A stretch of DNA of 64,000 nucleotides from Octopus vulgaris (GCA_951406725.2 OX597823.1:114204001-114268000), one strand, 5' to 3'. Counted from the stretch's first letter, positions 28,470 to 41,417 are shown. Made by a program: numbers and translations. The notes: generated from the sequence alone by a model not told the origin.

Positions 28470-29571
28470 AAATCACACAATCCCGTCTATATACATTAAG
28501 GGTAGATTGAATAAAATATTTCTATATGAAATATAACTGAAGATAGTACGGGGTATCCATGGCTGTAACGTGTTTGCAATAAACTATCGTTATTATAACT
28601 ATCTTCGGGTTAAACAAGCACAATGAGTCTGTTGGTGGTCCGTTACCGCCGTTTTATTTCGGTTTGTGGTCTTACTGACACGTCGTTTCAGAAAGTTCAT
28701 TCACTTTCATGAAATAGAAATGGATACCCAAAAATTTTATGTGCCTCCTACATACTGAAATTTGCCGTTTAGTTGAAAACAAAGAGAAATATTGTTGAAC
28801 CAGGAAGCTTCCCAATAGTATAGATAACACAATACTTTTTTCAATGTCTAGATGTGTCTATTTAAATCCGGCGAAGCTGGTCACGATAACGAGAAAATAA
28901 TTCACAATCCATCCATAAAGAATAAGGATAACCTTCAGAAAACCTTATTTGCTTAGTGTTGATAACGGTAAACTAATATCTTAATTTAAAATACTTTAAG
29001 ACGGTTTCGGTTCCTCGTTGGAGCTTATATTTACTTCACTTAGACATTGATGTTTTTATCGCATATCCTCATCTGACACTTTTAAAATTATCAGTGTTCA
29101 TGCTTATACATATACAGTATCTCTGAAACATCTAGCGGGGTATAGACTTGTAGTTGCCTCATGTGTAATACGATTACCTGACAGATAAGACTCTACTCCA
29201 TCCACCGAACATTCTTGAAGATAAATGTACGTAACTGCAAGAGTTACGGGCATTGCATCACAAAGAAATGTTTGCTTCGTCCCTATATGTAGTACTACAG
29301 ACAGAGTGTAACTTTGGAATGAAGAACTATGACATAAAATTATGAAAGAAATTGAAACGTTTTGGCAAATACACAAACACATATACACACACATGTGTGT
29401 GTGTTTGTGTGCTTACCTGCATATAGTGATTACAATTTTGGCACAAGGCCAGCAATTTAAGAAGAGGTGGTAAGTCGATTATATCGACCCCCCCCCCCCC
29501 CCAGTACTGCAATAGTACTTTCATAGAGTCCATAAAACTACTTTTATGGACTGCAATGATACTTTTATTAA

Positions 29572-29802
29572 GGCGGCGAGCTGGCAGAAACGTTAGCACG
29601 CCTGGAGAAATGCGTAGCAGTATTTCGTCTGCCGTTACGTTCTGAGTTCAAATTCCGCCGAGGTCGACTTTGCCTTTCATCCTTTCGGGGTCGATAAATG
29701 AAGTACCAGCTACGCACTGGGGTCGATGTAATCGACTTAATCTCTTTGTCTGTCCTTGTTTGTCCCCTCTATGTTTAGCCCCTTGTGGGTAGTAAAGAAA
29801 TA
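29572..29802 (+). mobile_element. SINE family A, full length, nested in an older antisense SINE
   Basis: ggcggcgagctggcagaaacg...gtaaagaaatag; older SINE pieces at about 29430-29530 and 29805-29842. Confidence 0.92.
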
Positions 29803-29879
29803 GGTACTTTTATAGAGTCCGAAATGACGAAGGGCAAATCGACACACGCAAAATATTGTCTAGTGAAACGTTTGGCAAT

Positions 29880-30300
29880 ATTTTGTTATGTGCTTTATTC
29901 GTCTACTGCAATAAAAGCATCCTAGCATTCAAAGTAGAAGCCATCGTGTTGCAGAGTCTGAAACCACCTTTATGTCAGTTCTTTGATCTCACACAGATAC
30001 CAGTTCTTGTCCTTCGAAGCGAAGCACACCTTTATAGAAGCTTCTATCTCCTCGACGTGGTTGATGAAGAATCGAGAGCGCAGGAAGTGATCCATGGATC
30101 AGAACAAGTTAGAATGCGAGAGATCTATGTGCAGATTATAAGTTGGTCTGGCATCAGTACCATTCTCTCTAGTTCCCCGAGTTTATTCCAGTTCGTTCGA
30201 GTGGTATGATGTCATGCATTGTTATGCTGCAGAAGAGTTGCTTTCTGTTTAGCAATGCCAGGTTTTATGGAGGCATAATAGCATATATTCGCTCCAGTTC
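29880..30300 (-). mobile_element. Mariner transposase 3' remnant
   Basis: Minus-strand LLQHNNA (HDNA motif) followed by KLGELE and a frameshifted YSPDLAPSD-type region. Confidence 0.65.
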
Positions 30301-30503
30301 TTCGGAGTGTGGGATGGCTCAAGCGTCTTGGCCGAACCCGCAGTGAATTATCACTTGATGATTCTGACAGATGTTTCCTTGGGCTGGAAACACCCATGTT
30401 TTGCGACATGTTTCGGAAGCTGGCATTTGCATAACTATTGCTTAAGCAAGGTTTAGCTTAGGAAAAATATCTCCCTGAAGCCGATGTTCGTGATAAGGAA
30501 CTA

Positions 30504-31027
30504 CAGGGAGGACCAAAATGATCTGACTCATTTGGAGGCTTAATAAAAGCACAAAAAATGAAATAATGAAAATAATTTTTTTTTCTGAATGTACATATAA
30601 TGCCATTTTATTTCATTAAGTTTTAAAAATTAAATCAGCTAAATGCTTTCCATAATTGTCGACACACTGTTGGAGACGTTCGTGAAAGTTATGGATAACT
30701 CTATGGATCATTTCTTCTGGAATGGTTGCTATTTCTACACAAATTGCACGTTTTAATTCATCAATAGATCGAAGGTGGTGACAGAATACTTTTGATTTTA
30801 TATATCCCCACAAGAAGAAATCCATAGAGTTATCGATAACTTTCATGAACGTCTCCAACAGTGTGTTGACAATGAGGGGAAGCATTTAGCTGATTTAACT
30901 TTTAAAACTTAATGACATAAAATGGCATTATATGTACATTCAGAAAATAGATTTTTTCTTTTCATTATTTCTTATTTTGTGTTTTTATTAAGCCTCCAAA
31001 TGTGTCAGATCATTTTGGTCCGCCCTG
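30504..31027. mobile_element. Tc1/mariner (rosa/maT-like) foldback MITE made of two 3' ends
   Basis: TA on both sides (30502-30503, 31028-31029). Inverted arms of about 205 bp. Minus-strand DFFLWGYIKSKV...RLQQCVDNYGKHL transposase C-terminus. Confidence 0.9.
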
Positions 31028-31730
31028 TATAAGAGTGCAAATATAGCCCCTCATCCTGCTAGTAATACTCATTCTATCATCACCCCTCACACCATAGTCA
31101 ACTTCTTTTGTGATAAGTGTGTATTATTATTATATTACAAGTCTTATTAATTCCCTAACTTCTTCTTCTTGAAATGATTTTGAATTTTTATGTATTTATA
31201 TTGTGCCGCGTATGTTTAGAAATAGTTATTTTCATGTATAAAGGCGATCGTGTTGCTAGTTCTCTGTTGTTTCTCTGTGCTTCTTATTTTTTCATTTCAA
31301 AAACGTCCGTAAGAATACAATCTCACTTGATAATTTGATAGTGAATTGGAAAATTAAAATCACATTACGGAATTTTGCGTTACGGCCAAATTTTCAGGAA
31401 TGCATTACCTCCGTAAAGCGAGGAATTGTAGTCGAAAACAATATCCTTTAACATAAAATTTCAAATATTTTCTTTTCTCCTTAGGCGGGATTATAGTTTT
31501 GCACAACGGCACTCACATCACATAATCAAAATATTGACTTACTTTGGTACATTCATTTAATTTATTATGAAGCTATGTAAAACCTGAAATATATGTAACG
31601 CCAAATTTAAAGGATATTGGAAAAGAAACATCATGTTAATAAATTGTGATTAGCCGAGTTTGAATTTGCTGCCAAGTTGACAGAGATAATCAGCTTTTCT
31701 TTTGACACGAAAGCAGATCAAATAACAAAG

Positions 31731-32230
31731 TCAACGACATGTTAGGTTGTCTATGATCATAATCTTTGGTGCCCCGCAGTCTGCCACGTAGAGTTTCCCA
31801 TTTGCTGAACCGTTTCGTAAATACCACTAACAGTATTTCGAAGAGTGATTGTATAGGTACTTTCATAATATTCCGAGGTGATTTACTAGAATCATTAGAG
31901 CGTCGGATGGTAGAAATCGTGCAAAATTTGTTGAAATTAATCAGCACTTTGAGATCAATTAACGTCAAGTGCAAATTAGTCTTCCGCCCTTTCGGGGTCG
32001 GATAATAAGTAGCAAACCAGAACTGGCGAAACTATAGAAATTTTGCATCAGATTTCAAATCTCAACTCTGCCTACTTGAATGATAGACTTAAACCATAGC
32101 TCAGTTTAATACCTCCACGTGACACGTTGTGTGCGTCTAACAGATTCCAACGTAACGCAAACTCGGAAATATTCAGGTCATTCCTTCGGATTGAAGATAT
32201 CTTCCTCCTTCTACACCAGCCTTGGAGCAC
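31731..32230 (-). CDS. Two candidate exons (32230-32113 and 31804-31731); joined product resembles an NHL repeat
   Basis: Acceptor ttacttttcag|G at 32230. The in-phase join gives ...LLDAHNVSRGANGKLYVADCGAPKIMIIDNLTCR*. The donor and second acceptor are weak. Confidence 0.3.
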
Positions 32231-33373
32231 CTGAAAAGTAACATAAGCACTGCGTTCCCTCTTGACATAAAGAAATACCAGTGTGCAACATTTCAGTTCC
32301 ATAGTATTATAAATTAGTATTTGAGCTCGGCATTATATTTGAGTATTCCGCCGTTGTTTCAACGAATTAGCGATCCAAGTTCGATGGGGACGTAGGTGAA
32401 GGGGATCAGGAAACTTGATGAAGTTGAGTGATCGCAAAAGCCAAAAACATCCAAACTTTAGAGATGCTGTTGTCCCGAACCAGATGAGTAATTCATTCGG
32501 CCGCTCCATGTGCAGGAAATAGGAGTAAATCACATTTACATCAAATGCTGCACTTCCGTCATAATAAATTACATTCTGCGATGTGATCTTAGGTTCACTT
32601 TGTACGAAAATAAAATTAAATTGTTGACGACGCTGGCCATCACAAATTTCCTCTCGCTGTATTTTGCCTTTATATATTAGCCAATAAATATCACGGGATA
32701 GTCACGGCTGCAATGTATTTTATCATAGATCAGCGAGATCAGAGCACAGAAGTGAATAACCGCCTCCAATAACAACTAACTTGAAATGCAACGGGATGTA
32801 TTTGGTTAGATTGCCTTTAGTCATAGTTCTTGTGAAACAGAACTAACCAGAAGCTGTACAAGAGCAGCAGCTGCAACAGCAACAGCAATAGCATTGAGTA
32901 TTTGGTGTATAAGGCATAAAAAGAAAGCAGCGCAGTTTAAGAACCAATCTGTTTGGATAAAGTCTGACAATCAATAAAAAAAGTCCTATGCAAGGGTGGT
33001 ACAACGGATTCACTGTAACAGGAAAGCGAGGTTGTCAGAGATACAAATAAGCAACTATAAATACTGAAACACAGAACTATAGAAAGAGAACGAAACAAGT
33101 ACGAGATGAACAATGAATAAACGAAGTAAAGAAAGAAAGAAATGAATGAATAAATAAATAAATAAATAAATAGAGAATGGAAGAAAAAAATGAAAAAGAT
33201 AAAAAATTAAATACAAGGGAAAATAAAGACGATACGCCGGAAATAGCTAATTTATGAAATAGTATGACAGTGAGATCTACCTCGTTTATCATTAACTGTA
33301 ACGGTCAAATGAATATGCCTAAATAATATGTACAAACATACATATAAACATACGTCCATAAACACAAACCCAG

Positions 33374-33374
<1 letters not shown>

Positions 33375-33407
<33 letters not shown>

Positions 33408-33564
33408 TATACATGTATATACATATATATATATGCATATATATATATACGTATATATATATATATGTATATATATATATGTGTATGTATGTATGTGTGT
33501 GTGTATGTATGTGTGTATGTATTTATGTTTGCATGTATGTGTGTATGTATGTATGCATATATAT

Positions 33565-33610
<46 letters not shown>

Positions 33611-33770
33611 GTATGTTGTATGTATGTATGTATGCATATATATACATATATATACATACATTTATATATATGTATATATATATATATATGTATGTGTGTA
33701 TGTTTGTATGTATGCTTGTATGTATGTTTGTGTGTATGTATGTATGTATTATGTATGTATGTATGTATGT
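33375..33770. repeat. Mixed (TA)/(TATG) microsatellite tract
   Basis: Directly visible. Confidence 0.95.
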
Positions 33771-34213
33771 AAAGGTCTTAGTTGCCAATTCTGTACAAGA
33801 CATTGTAGATCTTTAGCTGGGCTAAAAAGTCACATTCGATCACAGCACCAATAACAGTAAACCGTGCAATGACCATACTCGATAACAAGGGAGCAGTCAT
33901 CATGTATGTATGCATATTTCCGAGGTATTGAACTCACTTCGACGTTCGTTGGAAATATGTTGAATATATTTAATAAATATACACAGCATACTTCATCCTG
34001 GGAAAGTATGCCTTTGTAGTCGTTTACATTTCGCAGCTTGGCTGACATTTATTTTTTCATGTATTGGGAGCTATAATAAATTTCAGGCTGCCGAATATTT
34101 AGTTAATTTGATAATATTTAATACTTTTACATATTTATTTATCAGTTCACTATCAATAATCATGCAGATGAAGCTTGATATTTCATCTCAGTCCTTGTTT
34201 AATGTTCTATATA

Positions 34214-34445
34214 TATTTCTTTACTACCCACAAGGGGATAAACATAGAGGGGACAAACAAGGACAGACAAACGGATTAAATCTATTACATCGACCCCAGT
34301 GCGAAACTGGTACTTATTTAATTGACCCCGAAAGGATGAAAGGCAAAGTCGACCTCGGCGGAATTTGAACTCAGAACGTAACGACAGACGCAATACCGCT
34401 AAGTATTTCGCCCAGCGCGCTAACGTGTCGGCCAGCTGCCGCCTT
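34214..34445 (-). mobile_element. SINE family A, full length
   Basis: Matches the family consensus seen in the window. Confidence 0.9.
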
Positions 34446-34879
34446 TTAACGTTCTGTATTAGTAGCTACAAGCTAGCAACCATTCTGATTACAGGCAATG
34501 AGATTACATTTAATTTGATGACTTACCAAATAAATACGAAACAATCAAGGAAGCATTCCAATATATCCCTGATTCAACAGAATAACTATTCCCGCTGCGT
34601 TATTGGGGTCTTTTATTCACTTTGAGGTGCTGAAGAGAATTCTTCAATGCACTCATAACACTATTTATGTATGAAGAGGAGGATACACGAAGGCCAAGGT
34701 GCTTTTCTTCAGATCATCTTACAAAAATGATTTAGTGATTCGTTACTATGTCTTGTATACGAACAAAAACAGATGTATATTATTCTTCGAACTACTAACA
34801 ACAGTTTGTAAAATTTATGTAAAACATACAGCCAAATTAAAGCCATAAATAAACAAACAAATAGCATGGCCGTTGAAGA

Positions 34880-35530
34880 GATAGTGCGCCGATTTAACCA
34901 GAACCATCTGGAATGTTTCCGATCACCCTTAGAGCCTCAGAGCGGAGGTAGGTTCAATGCAGTGCCATCATTCGCAACGGGCAATCAGCTTGATAACTAA
35001 TGCCTGCGCATCGACGTATCTCTAGTATCCAGATTTGTGAGTCTCATGAATTCCGCCGCAGTTCTGTTGTGGATTCTTTCACTTTGCACCCATTGCCAAG
35101 CTGTCATAGTGCTGGAAGCCATGCCGCCCTTAACAAGATTATAAGGTATGGCCTAGAGGCCGCGGGCTTCCCTTCTCAAATCGAGCCAGCTGGACTAAAC
35201 TGAGGGGACAGTAGAAAGCAGAACGGCATGACATTATTCCCGTTCTGTGGCTGTAGGCCTTTCATCTGGGGTGTCACATGCTGTGACACCTCCTCCAGCA
35301 GCATCTTGGTATCAGCTACCAACCCACGTTGAGAAAATAATTGTGAAGTTATCGGTCGCTCTCTGACAGGTTTATGGTCGAGGCAGTGGCAGTTGAGACC
35401 TCCTGCGTTCTTGACTCCAGTCCATATCCCTACTCAGCCCCTCGGGGCAGAAAATGCTGTCTGCAAATGCGAGCCCCGTTAATCAGAGTGGGTGTTCCCA
35501 GCACATCTCCCTCGTTATCCTCCAAGCCAA
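34880..35530 (+). mobile_element. CRE-clade non-LTR retrotransposon 3' remnant (zinc knuckle plus REL endonuclease)
   Basis: ICESH...VDSFTLHPLPSCHSAGSHAALNKIIRYGLEAAGFPSQIEPAGLN*GDSRKQNGMTLFP...IWGVTCCDT corresponds to the RH..LN...EP.GL...KRPDG...WD.T motif series. Confidence 0.8.
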
Positions 35531-36219
35531 TGCCATTTTTTCATTTTGTCTGCTGGTGCCATGAGAGAAGTTTCCATATTGTGAGAAGCATTTTCTTTCT
35601 CTTGCTACAATATATTGCCAAACAAATATAGTAAACCCTTAGCAATGAGATATAACTGGATAATGTTGAACTAGGAGCACAATCTAGCTAAATAGATGCG
35701 ATGGACAAGGTTCGATTGCTTTTGTATAATAGCAACCTCATGCTCTGAGCTGCCTGTGGATTTTCATTATCCATATCCGAAGTTGTTATAAAAAAAATTT
35801 ACGCACTGGTAGTGAATATATCAGGGAAAAGGATTTAAACTTGGCGGTATCAATGGCAGGAGGTGTAGCGGGAATTATTGGGTAACATTAGCAACAGAAG
35901 CAGTGCCAGAATCAATGGCATATTAGCAATATTGCTGTAGATGTATTGATGTTGTTAGGAACAGAGATAATTCTAGAAGTATATGTTACATAAGTAATAG
36001 AGATAGTGGTCAAATAGTGGTGTCATTAGCAACTGTGATACAGTTAGTAATACATGAGGTAGTGGTAGAAAAAGTAAAATATCTGTAATAAATTGGGGAA
36101 AAACTGCGGTAACTTTAACCAACAAACGTGGGAGAGACAGAAGCTGCAGTATTCTAGTTACAGTAGTAAATTCACAATAGAGAATTTGATTCTCAACGTC
36201 TTAAATCATCTACCTATCA

Positions 36220-36370
<151 letters not shown>

Positions 36371-36601
36371 TCTCTGTCTGTATGTCAGTCTCTCTAAAGA
36401 CATATGCGTGAATGCGTTGTGTGTGTGTGTGTGTGCGTGTGTGTTTGTGTGTGCATGTGTGTGTACATACACATATACATAGACATCGCAAGTTAACTGT
36501 GAAAAGTAGATAGACAGACAGATAGCTGGATGGATAGGCAGATAGATAGATAAATGCATAGGGGTATATAGATATCTATACATATATATATACACACACA
36601 T

Positions 36602-36654
<53 letters not shown>

Positions 36655-36682
36655 TTCATATTGTATATATCTATATATCGTG

Positions 36683-36984
36683 CACTCCATCGGTTACGAC
36701 AACGAAGGTTCCGGTTGAGCCGATCAACTGAACAGCCTACTCGTGAAATTAAAGTGTAAGTGGCTGAGCACTCCACAGACAGGTGTACCCTTAACGTAGT
36801 TCTCGGGTAGATTCAGCGTGACGTAATGTGTGACAAGCCTGGCACTTTGAAATACAGGTATAACAGAAACAGGAAGAAAGAGAGAAATCTGGGGTGAAGG
36901 AATACAACAGGGTTTGCCACCACTCCTTGCCGGAGCCCATGACGTCGAATTTGCTGCCCTAACCACTGGGCCATTGCGCCTCCA
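36683..36984 (-). mobile_element. SINE with family C head (internally deleted) and a different 3' tail
   Basis: Head tggaggcgcaatggcccagtggttagggcagc is shared with 23705; the tail is unrelated to that copy. Confidence 0.8.
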
Positions 36985-36985
36985 C

Positions 36986-37106
<121 letters not shown>

Positions 37107-37260
37107 TATGTATATATGAATATATTTATGTGACATGTATATGTGTGTGTTTGTGCGTGTATATATATATGTGTATGTATGAGTGTGTGTGTATGTGTGT
37201 GTGTGTGCGTGCGTGTGTAAGTGTGTGGTAACATAATATAACTTTATAGGCATTATAAAA

Positions 37261-37442
37261 GGCGGTGAACTGGCAGAAACGTTAGAGCGCCGGGCGAAAT
37301 GCTTAGCAGTATATCGTCTGTCGTTACGTTCCGAGTTCAAATTCCGCCGAGGACTGTTTTGCCTTAATCCGTTTGTCTTAATCCGTTTGGCTGTCTTTGT
37401 TTGTCCCCTTTATGTAGCCCCTTGTGGGCAGTAAAGAAATAG
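37261..37442 (+). mobile_element. SINE family A with internal deletion of the core
   Basis: Head and tail present, central core missing; flanked by aacataatataactttat direct repeats. Confidence 0.85.
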
Positions 37443-37750
37443 GAACATAATATAACTTTATGAAATATTTAGGGCTACACACAATCGACTTTATATTTAT
37501 ATTATATATAATTTCATTGGTATGATTTGTAGTAAGTTTTTTTCCTTTGGTTTTTTACATATCTGCTGCTGTACATAAATATTTCCCGAGTATAATCTCT
37601 ATATTATAATCTTAGTCGTTAGTACATTTTATGTAGTTTAACTTTTGCCTCTTACTTCCTTATTAGGCTGCAACCATACTGAAGACTGATACTTATTCTA
37701 TCAGACCCTTTTCGCCTAAGAAAAAAAAATCACACACACACAAGGATATA

Positions 37751-38480
37751 CACTAATCCCTCGAAAGGCGGCGAGCTGTCAGAAACGTTAGCGCCCAGGC
37801 GAAATGCTTAGCGATATTTCTTCTGAGTTCTGAGTTCAAATTCCGCCGAGGTCGACTTTGCCTTTCATCCTTTCAGGGTCGATAAATTAAGTACCAGTTA
37901 CGCACTGGGGTCGATGTAATCGACTTAATCCGTTTGTCTGTCCTTGTTTGTCCCCTCTATATTTAGTCCCTTGTGTGCAATAAAGAAATATATACACTAA
38001 TGCCTCGACTATCGCGGGTGATACGTTCCAAAACATCCCGCGATAGGTGAAAATCCGCGAAGTATAAACAATACTCTGTACATTCTTTCTTCTTTTCATA
38101 ATTTGTATATATTTATTTTATCATAAAAGCAAAACAACACCACACACTCGCCTCCCAAGTTTCGTTTTCCATACAGTATGTGCGATTCTTTTTTTTACTT
38201 ATCTACGGTACACTCCATATTTTCTTTTAATATATTTTAATTAATGTTATACAGGGCAGTACTGTATTTTCATTTATTAATTTATTAGTTTTTAGTCTTG
38301 AAAATGCTTAACTTACCACAGAAATATTTAAAATCTAAAAAAAAATATAAATATTTATCGGCCGCACAAACCCGCGATAAACTGCGGAGTCCGCGATAAA
38401 AATTTACATATAGTAACAAGAAAAATTCGCAATATACTGAGTGCGCGATATGTGAACCGCGATATAGCGAGGGGTTACTG
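37751..38480. mobile_element. Tigger/pogo-like MITE with a SINE inserted in its left TIR
   Basis: TIRs cactaatgcctcgactatcgcgg / ccgcgatatagcgaggggttactg with flanking TA. Confidence 0.8.
37767..37989 (+). mobile_element. SINE family A with 19-bp TSD
   Basis: TSD atatacactaat(c/g)cctcga at 37746-37764 and 37990-38008. Confidence 0.9.
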
Positions 38481-38496
38481 TATTACTGTATATATA

Positions 38497-38909
38497 TTCT
38501 TTTATTCTTTTATTCTTTCACAGGTTTCCGTCATTTGACTCTTACAATGCTGGAGAACCGACTTAGAGTGTTTTAGTCAAAGAAATCGACTCCAGGACAT
38601 ATTCTGTGCAAGCCTAGTACTTCTTCTATAGGTTATTTTTGCCGAACCGATATGTAACTGGGACATAAACACACATACACCGGTTGTCAAGTGATGATAG
38701 CAGCGATAAAGACACACACAGAATACTGAATCCACTCACAAGGCTTTCGTCGGCCTATAATGGAAGACACTTACCCAAAGCACCCAGCAGTGGGACTGAA
38801 CCCGGAATCATATGTATGTATATGTACATACGAGTGTCACGCTGTGAGACTGAACCCGGAACCATGTGGTTAGGAAGGAACCATCTAACCGCGTAGCCAC
38901 ACCCACGCC
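38497..38909 (-). mobile_element. SINE family B, diverged and rearranged
   Basis: Matches family B tail and head, with the gactgaacccggaa segment duplicated. Confidence 0.75.
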
Positions 38910-38935
38910 AATAACATTTATACATACACACATAC

Positions 38936-39001
38936 TTTCATATAAGTGTGTGATGGGGTTGTATTAGTTTTCATATAAGTGTGTGATGGGGTTGTATTAG
39001 T
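38936..39001. repeat. Perfect 33-bp tandem duplication
   Basis: tttcatataagtgtgtgatggggttgtattagt x2. Confidence 0.9.
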
Positions 39002-39191
39002 TATTGTATTACCTGTAAAGGAACCGTTCTAAGAATTCAATGCTGGTTTTAAACTCGTCTGCAACCTAATTATTTATCAAACAATACTCCCTCAGTCTAA
39101 ATTAGACATATATACCTACTTATATGCGCCTGTCTATATTTAAAACTACAGCTGGAGTGAAGTGTGTTATAGAAAAAATATGTGATGGTAG

Positions 39192-39633
39192 CAGGGTCGG
39201 ATTAAGACACGTAGAGGTCATTGACACTTAAATGGTTTTAATGCCCTGAAGCAGATATAAAGGGTTCAAAATGTAAAGAAAAATTATTTAAAATATAAGC
39301 AATAATAAACCATAAAATAAATTTTTATTTTTCTAAATAAAACAAGACTAACAGTAAACTAGAAATTAATGTTTATTTTTGTATACTTCCATTTTATTTA
39401 TATTTGAAAAGTTTTTTCCGTTTTCTTTTTTATTTATTTAATTGCAAAGTCTTCAATGATGTTGTTGAAATTAATTTTTACGTAAAACTTCTGCTTCTCT
39501 ACTTTTTAACAAGTATTTTAGCAAATTTAAAGTGATTTCTTTCGTGGCGTAAACCATTTCCAGTTTTGCGTTCCCCTCGTCTCTCGATGCCCTAAGCACG
39601 TGGTTATTTTACTTAATGGTTAATCCAGCACTA
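39192..39633 (-). mobile_element. Non-autonomous hAT element
   Basis: TIRs cagggtcggattaa / ttaatccagcacta. 8-bp TSD gatggtag / gatggtat. Internal minus-strand INFNNIIEDFA transposase C-terminal remnant. Confidence 0.8.
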
Positions 39634-39658
39634 GATGGTATATACATAAGAACTGGCG

Positions 39659-39828
39659 TTATTTTGACGGAGATAGTGTTATGATTTCCAGCGGAGATGA
39701 AGACTTAGATGATGAACCTCCACCGGTTCGATTCTGGGTCGGGTTCCGTATGTTACATCCCGGACCAGTGATATTACGCTGGTTACAATGATTGTAGAGG
39801 CAGCAGCAGAAATTTACTGATTCTGTGG
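39659..39828 (-). CDS. Candidate terminal coding exon (Cys cluster then Ser-rich tail)
   Basis: Acceptor tatgtag|CC; open frame TESVNFCCCLYNHCNQ...SSSKSSSPLEIITLSPSK*. Phase is compatible with the exon at 49715-49639. Confidence 0.3.
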
Positions 39829-40132
39829 CTACATACACACACATACACACTCAGCTATACACGTGCATACACATACACTGAAGTCAATAACCGCATGCGC
39901 TCATTCGTTCACATAGATACACACACACACAAACACACTCGCACGTACAACGAACATACACTCATACACTCATACACACAGACAAATATGTAAGCGCGAG
40001 TGCGCTCACATGTACACACAGACTCACACACACACACACACACACAACACACACACACACAAAAGAACTAAAATCTATCAGACACAGTCTCTGAAACAGA
40101 TAGATAGATAGATAGATAGACAGAGAAACGTG

Positions 40133-40230
<98 letters not shown>

Positions 40231-40389
40231 ATGTAGTGCACCAGTACTGCTTGAAGACATTTAAGTCGATACAAATTAAGGAGTTTCGACCTGATCTTAA
40301 ATGAAATTTCCGCTGGGAATACGAACTCATGACCCCAGAGTTCTAAGCTTAATTGCCCATTCCTTTATCTATACGACCGCTGTCCGCTA

Positions 40390-40431
<42 letters not shown>

Positions 40432-41066
40432 AAGAGACAAACACGTACACAAGCATAGAAACTTACGTATTTATAGGATAGGCACACACGACACATGCAC
40501 AAAAACACAAACACATTCACACAAATATACGCACACACACACACACACACAACACACACATACACACACATACTAGAGCAAATTTAGTCGCATACTGTCG
40601 AACGCATATCTACTAGTACAATGCGTGAGTATTATTCAACGCTTCATCATATAAGATACATCACTGATGGCTGTAGGCTGCACGCTGTTCGTAGCTGCAG
40701 CTACAAAGGGTACTATTACTACTATGGCCATGAATGCAACACCGACTACTATTACTACTGCTACTGCTACTGCTACTACTACTATTATCACCACCTCTAC
40801 TACTACTAATACTCCAACTACTACTAGGTTTCGTAGGAAAGCATGATGATGAGGATAATGGCGGTGGTGGTGTTGAGGTTTTATTGCAGATGTGAGAAGA
40901 AGAAGAAGAAGAAGAAGAAGAAGAAGAAGAAAAACGAGAAGAAAAAAACGAAGAAGTAGGAGACTTAGTTAATGGGAGCTGGGTCAATTTATATACAAAC
41001 ACCCAGACGCGCGCACGTGTGTGTGTATATATAATTAAATGAATATATATATATATATATATATAT

Positions 41067-41417
41067 ATCCCGGTCCGCAGCCGGACCGGGATTCGAGCTC
41101 ACAACCTCACGCTTACGAACGTGAGGTTGTGAGCTCGAATCCCGGTCCGGGCTGCGTGTTGTGTTCTTGAGCAAGGCACTTTATTTCACGTTGCTCCAGT
41201 TCACTTAGCTCTAGAAATGAGTTGCGACGTCACTGGTGCCAAGCTGTATCGACCTTTGTCTTTCCCTTGGATAACACTGGTGGCGTGGAGAGGGAGGCTG
41301 GTATGCATGGGCGACTGCTGGTCTTCCATAAACAACCTTGCCCGGACTTGTGTCTAGGAGGGTAACTTTCTAGGTGCAATCCCATGGTCAGTCATGACCG
41401 AAGGGGGTCTTACCCCT
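41067..41417 (+). mobile_element. SINE family D (V-domain-like) with a foldback 5' end
   Basis: B-box-like gagctcgaatccc then gtgttcttgagcaaggcacttt; 31-bp perfect inverted repeat at the 5' end. Confidence 0.75.

Noticed and set aside
28998-29080. Possible long-stem hammerhead (cagatgagg...ccgaaaccgtc) on the minus strand
   Set aside because: The core is mutated and stems I and III cannot be drawn convincingly.
33252-33854. Overlapping YI/CV-rich ORFs
   Set aside because: Dinucleotide and tetranucleotide repeat artefacts; the same applies to similar ORFs throughout the window.
40661-41002. 113-aa Ser-rich minus-strand ORF
   Set aside because: Built largely from (TTC)n and (AGT)n repeats. 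Another frame reads as a Val-rich stretch equally well, and there is no firm splice support.
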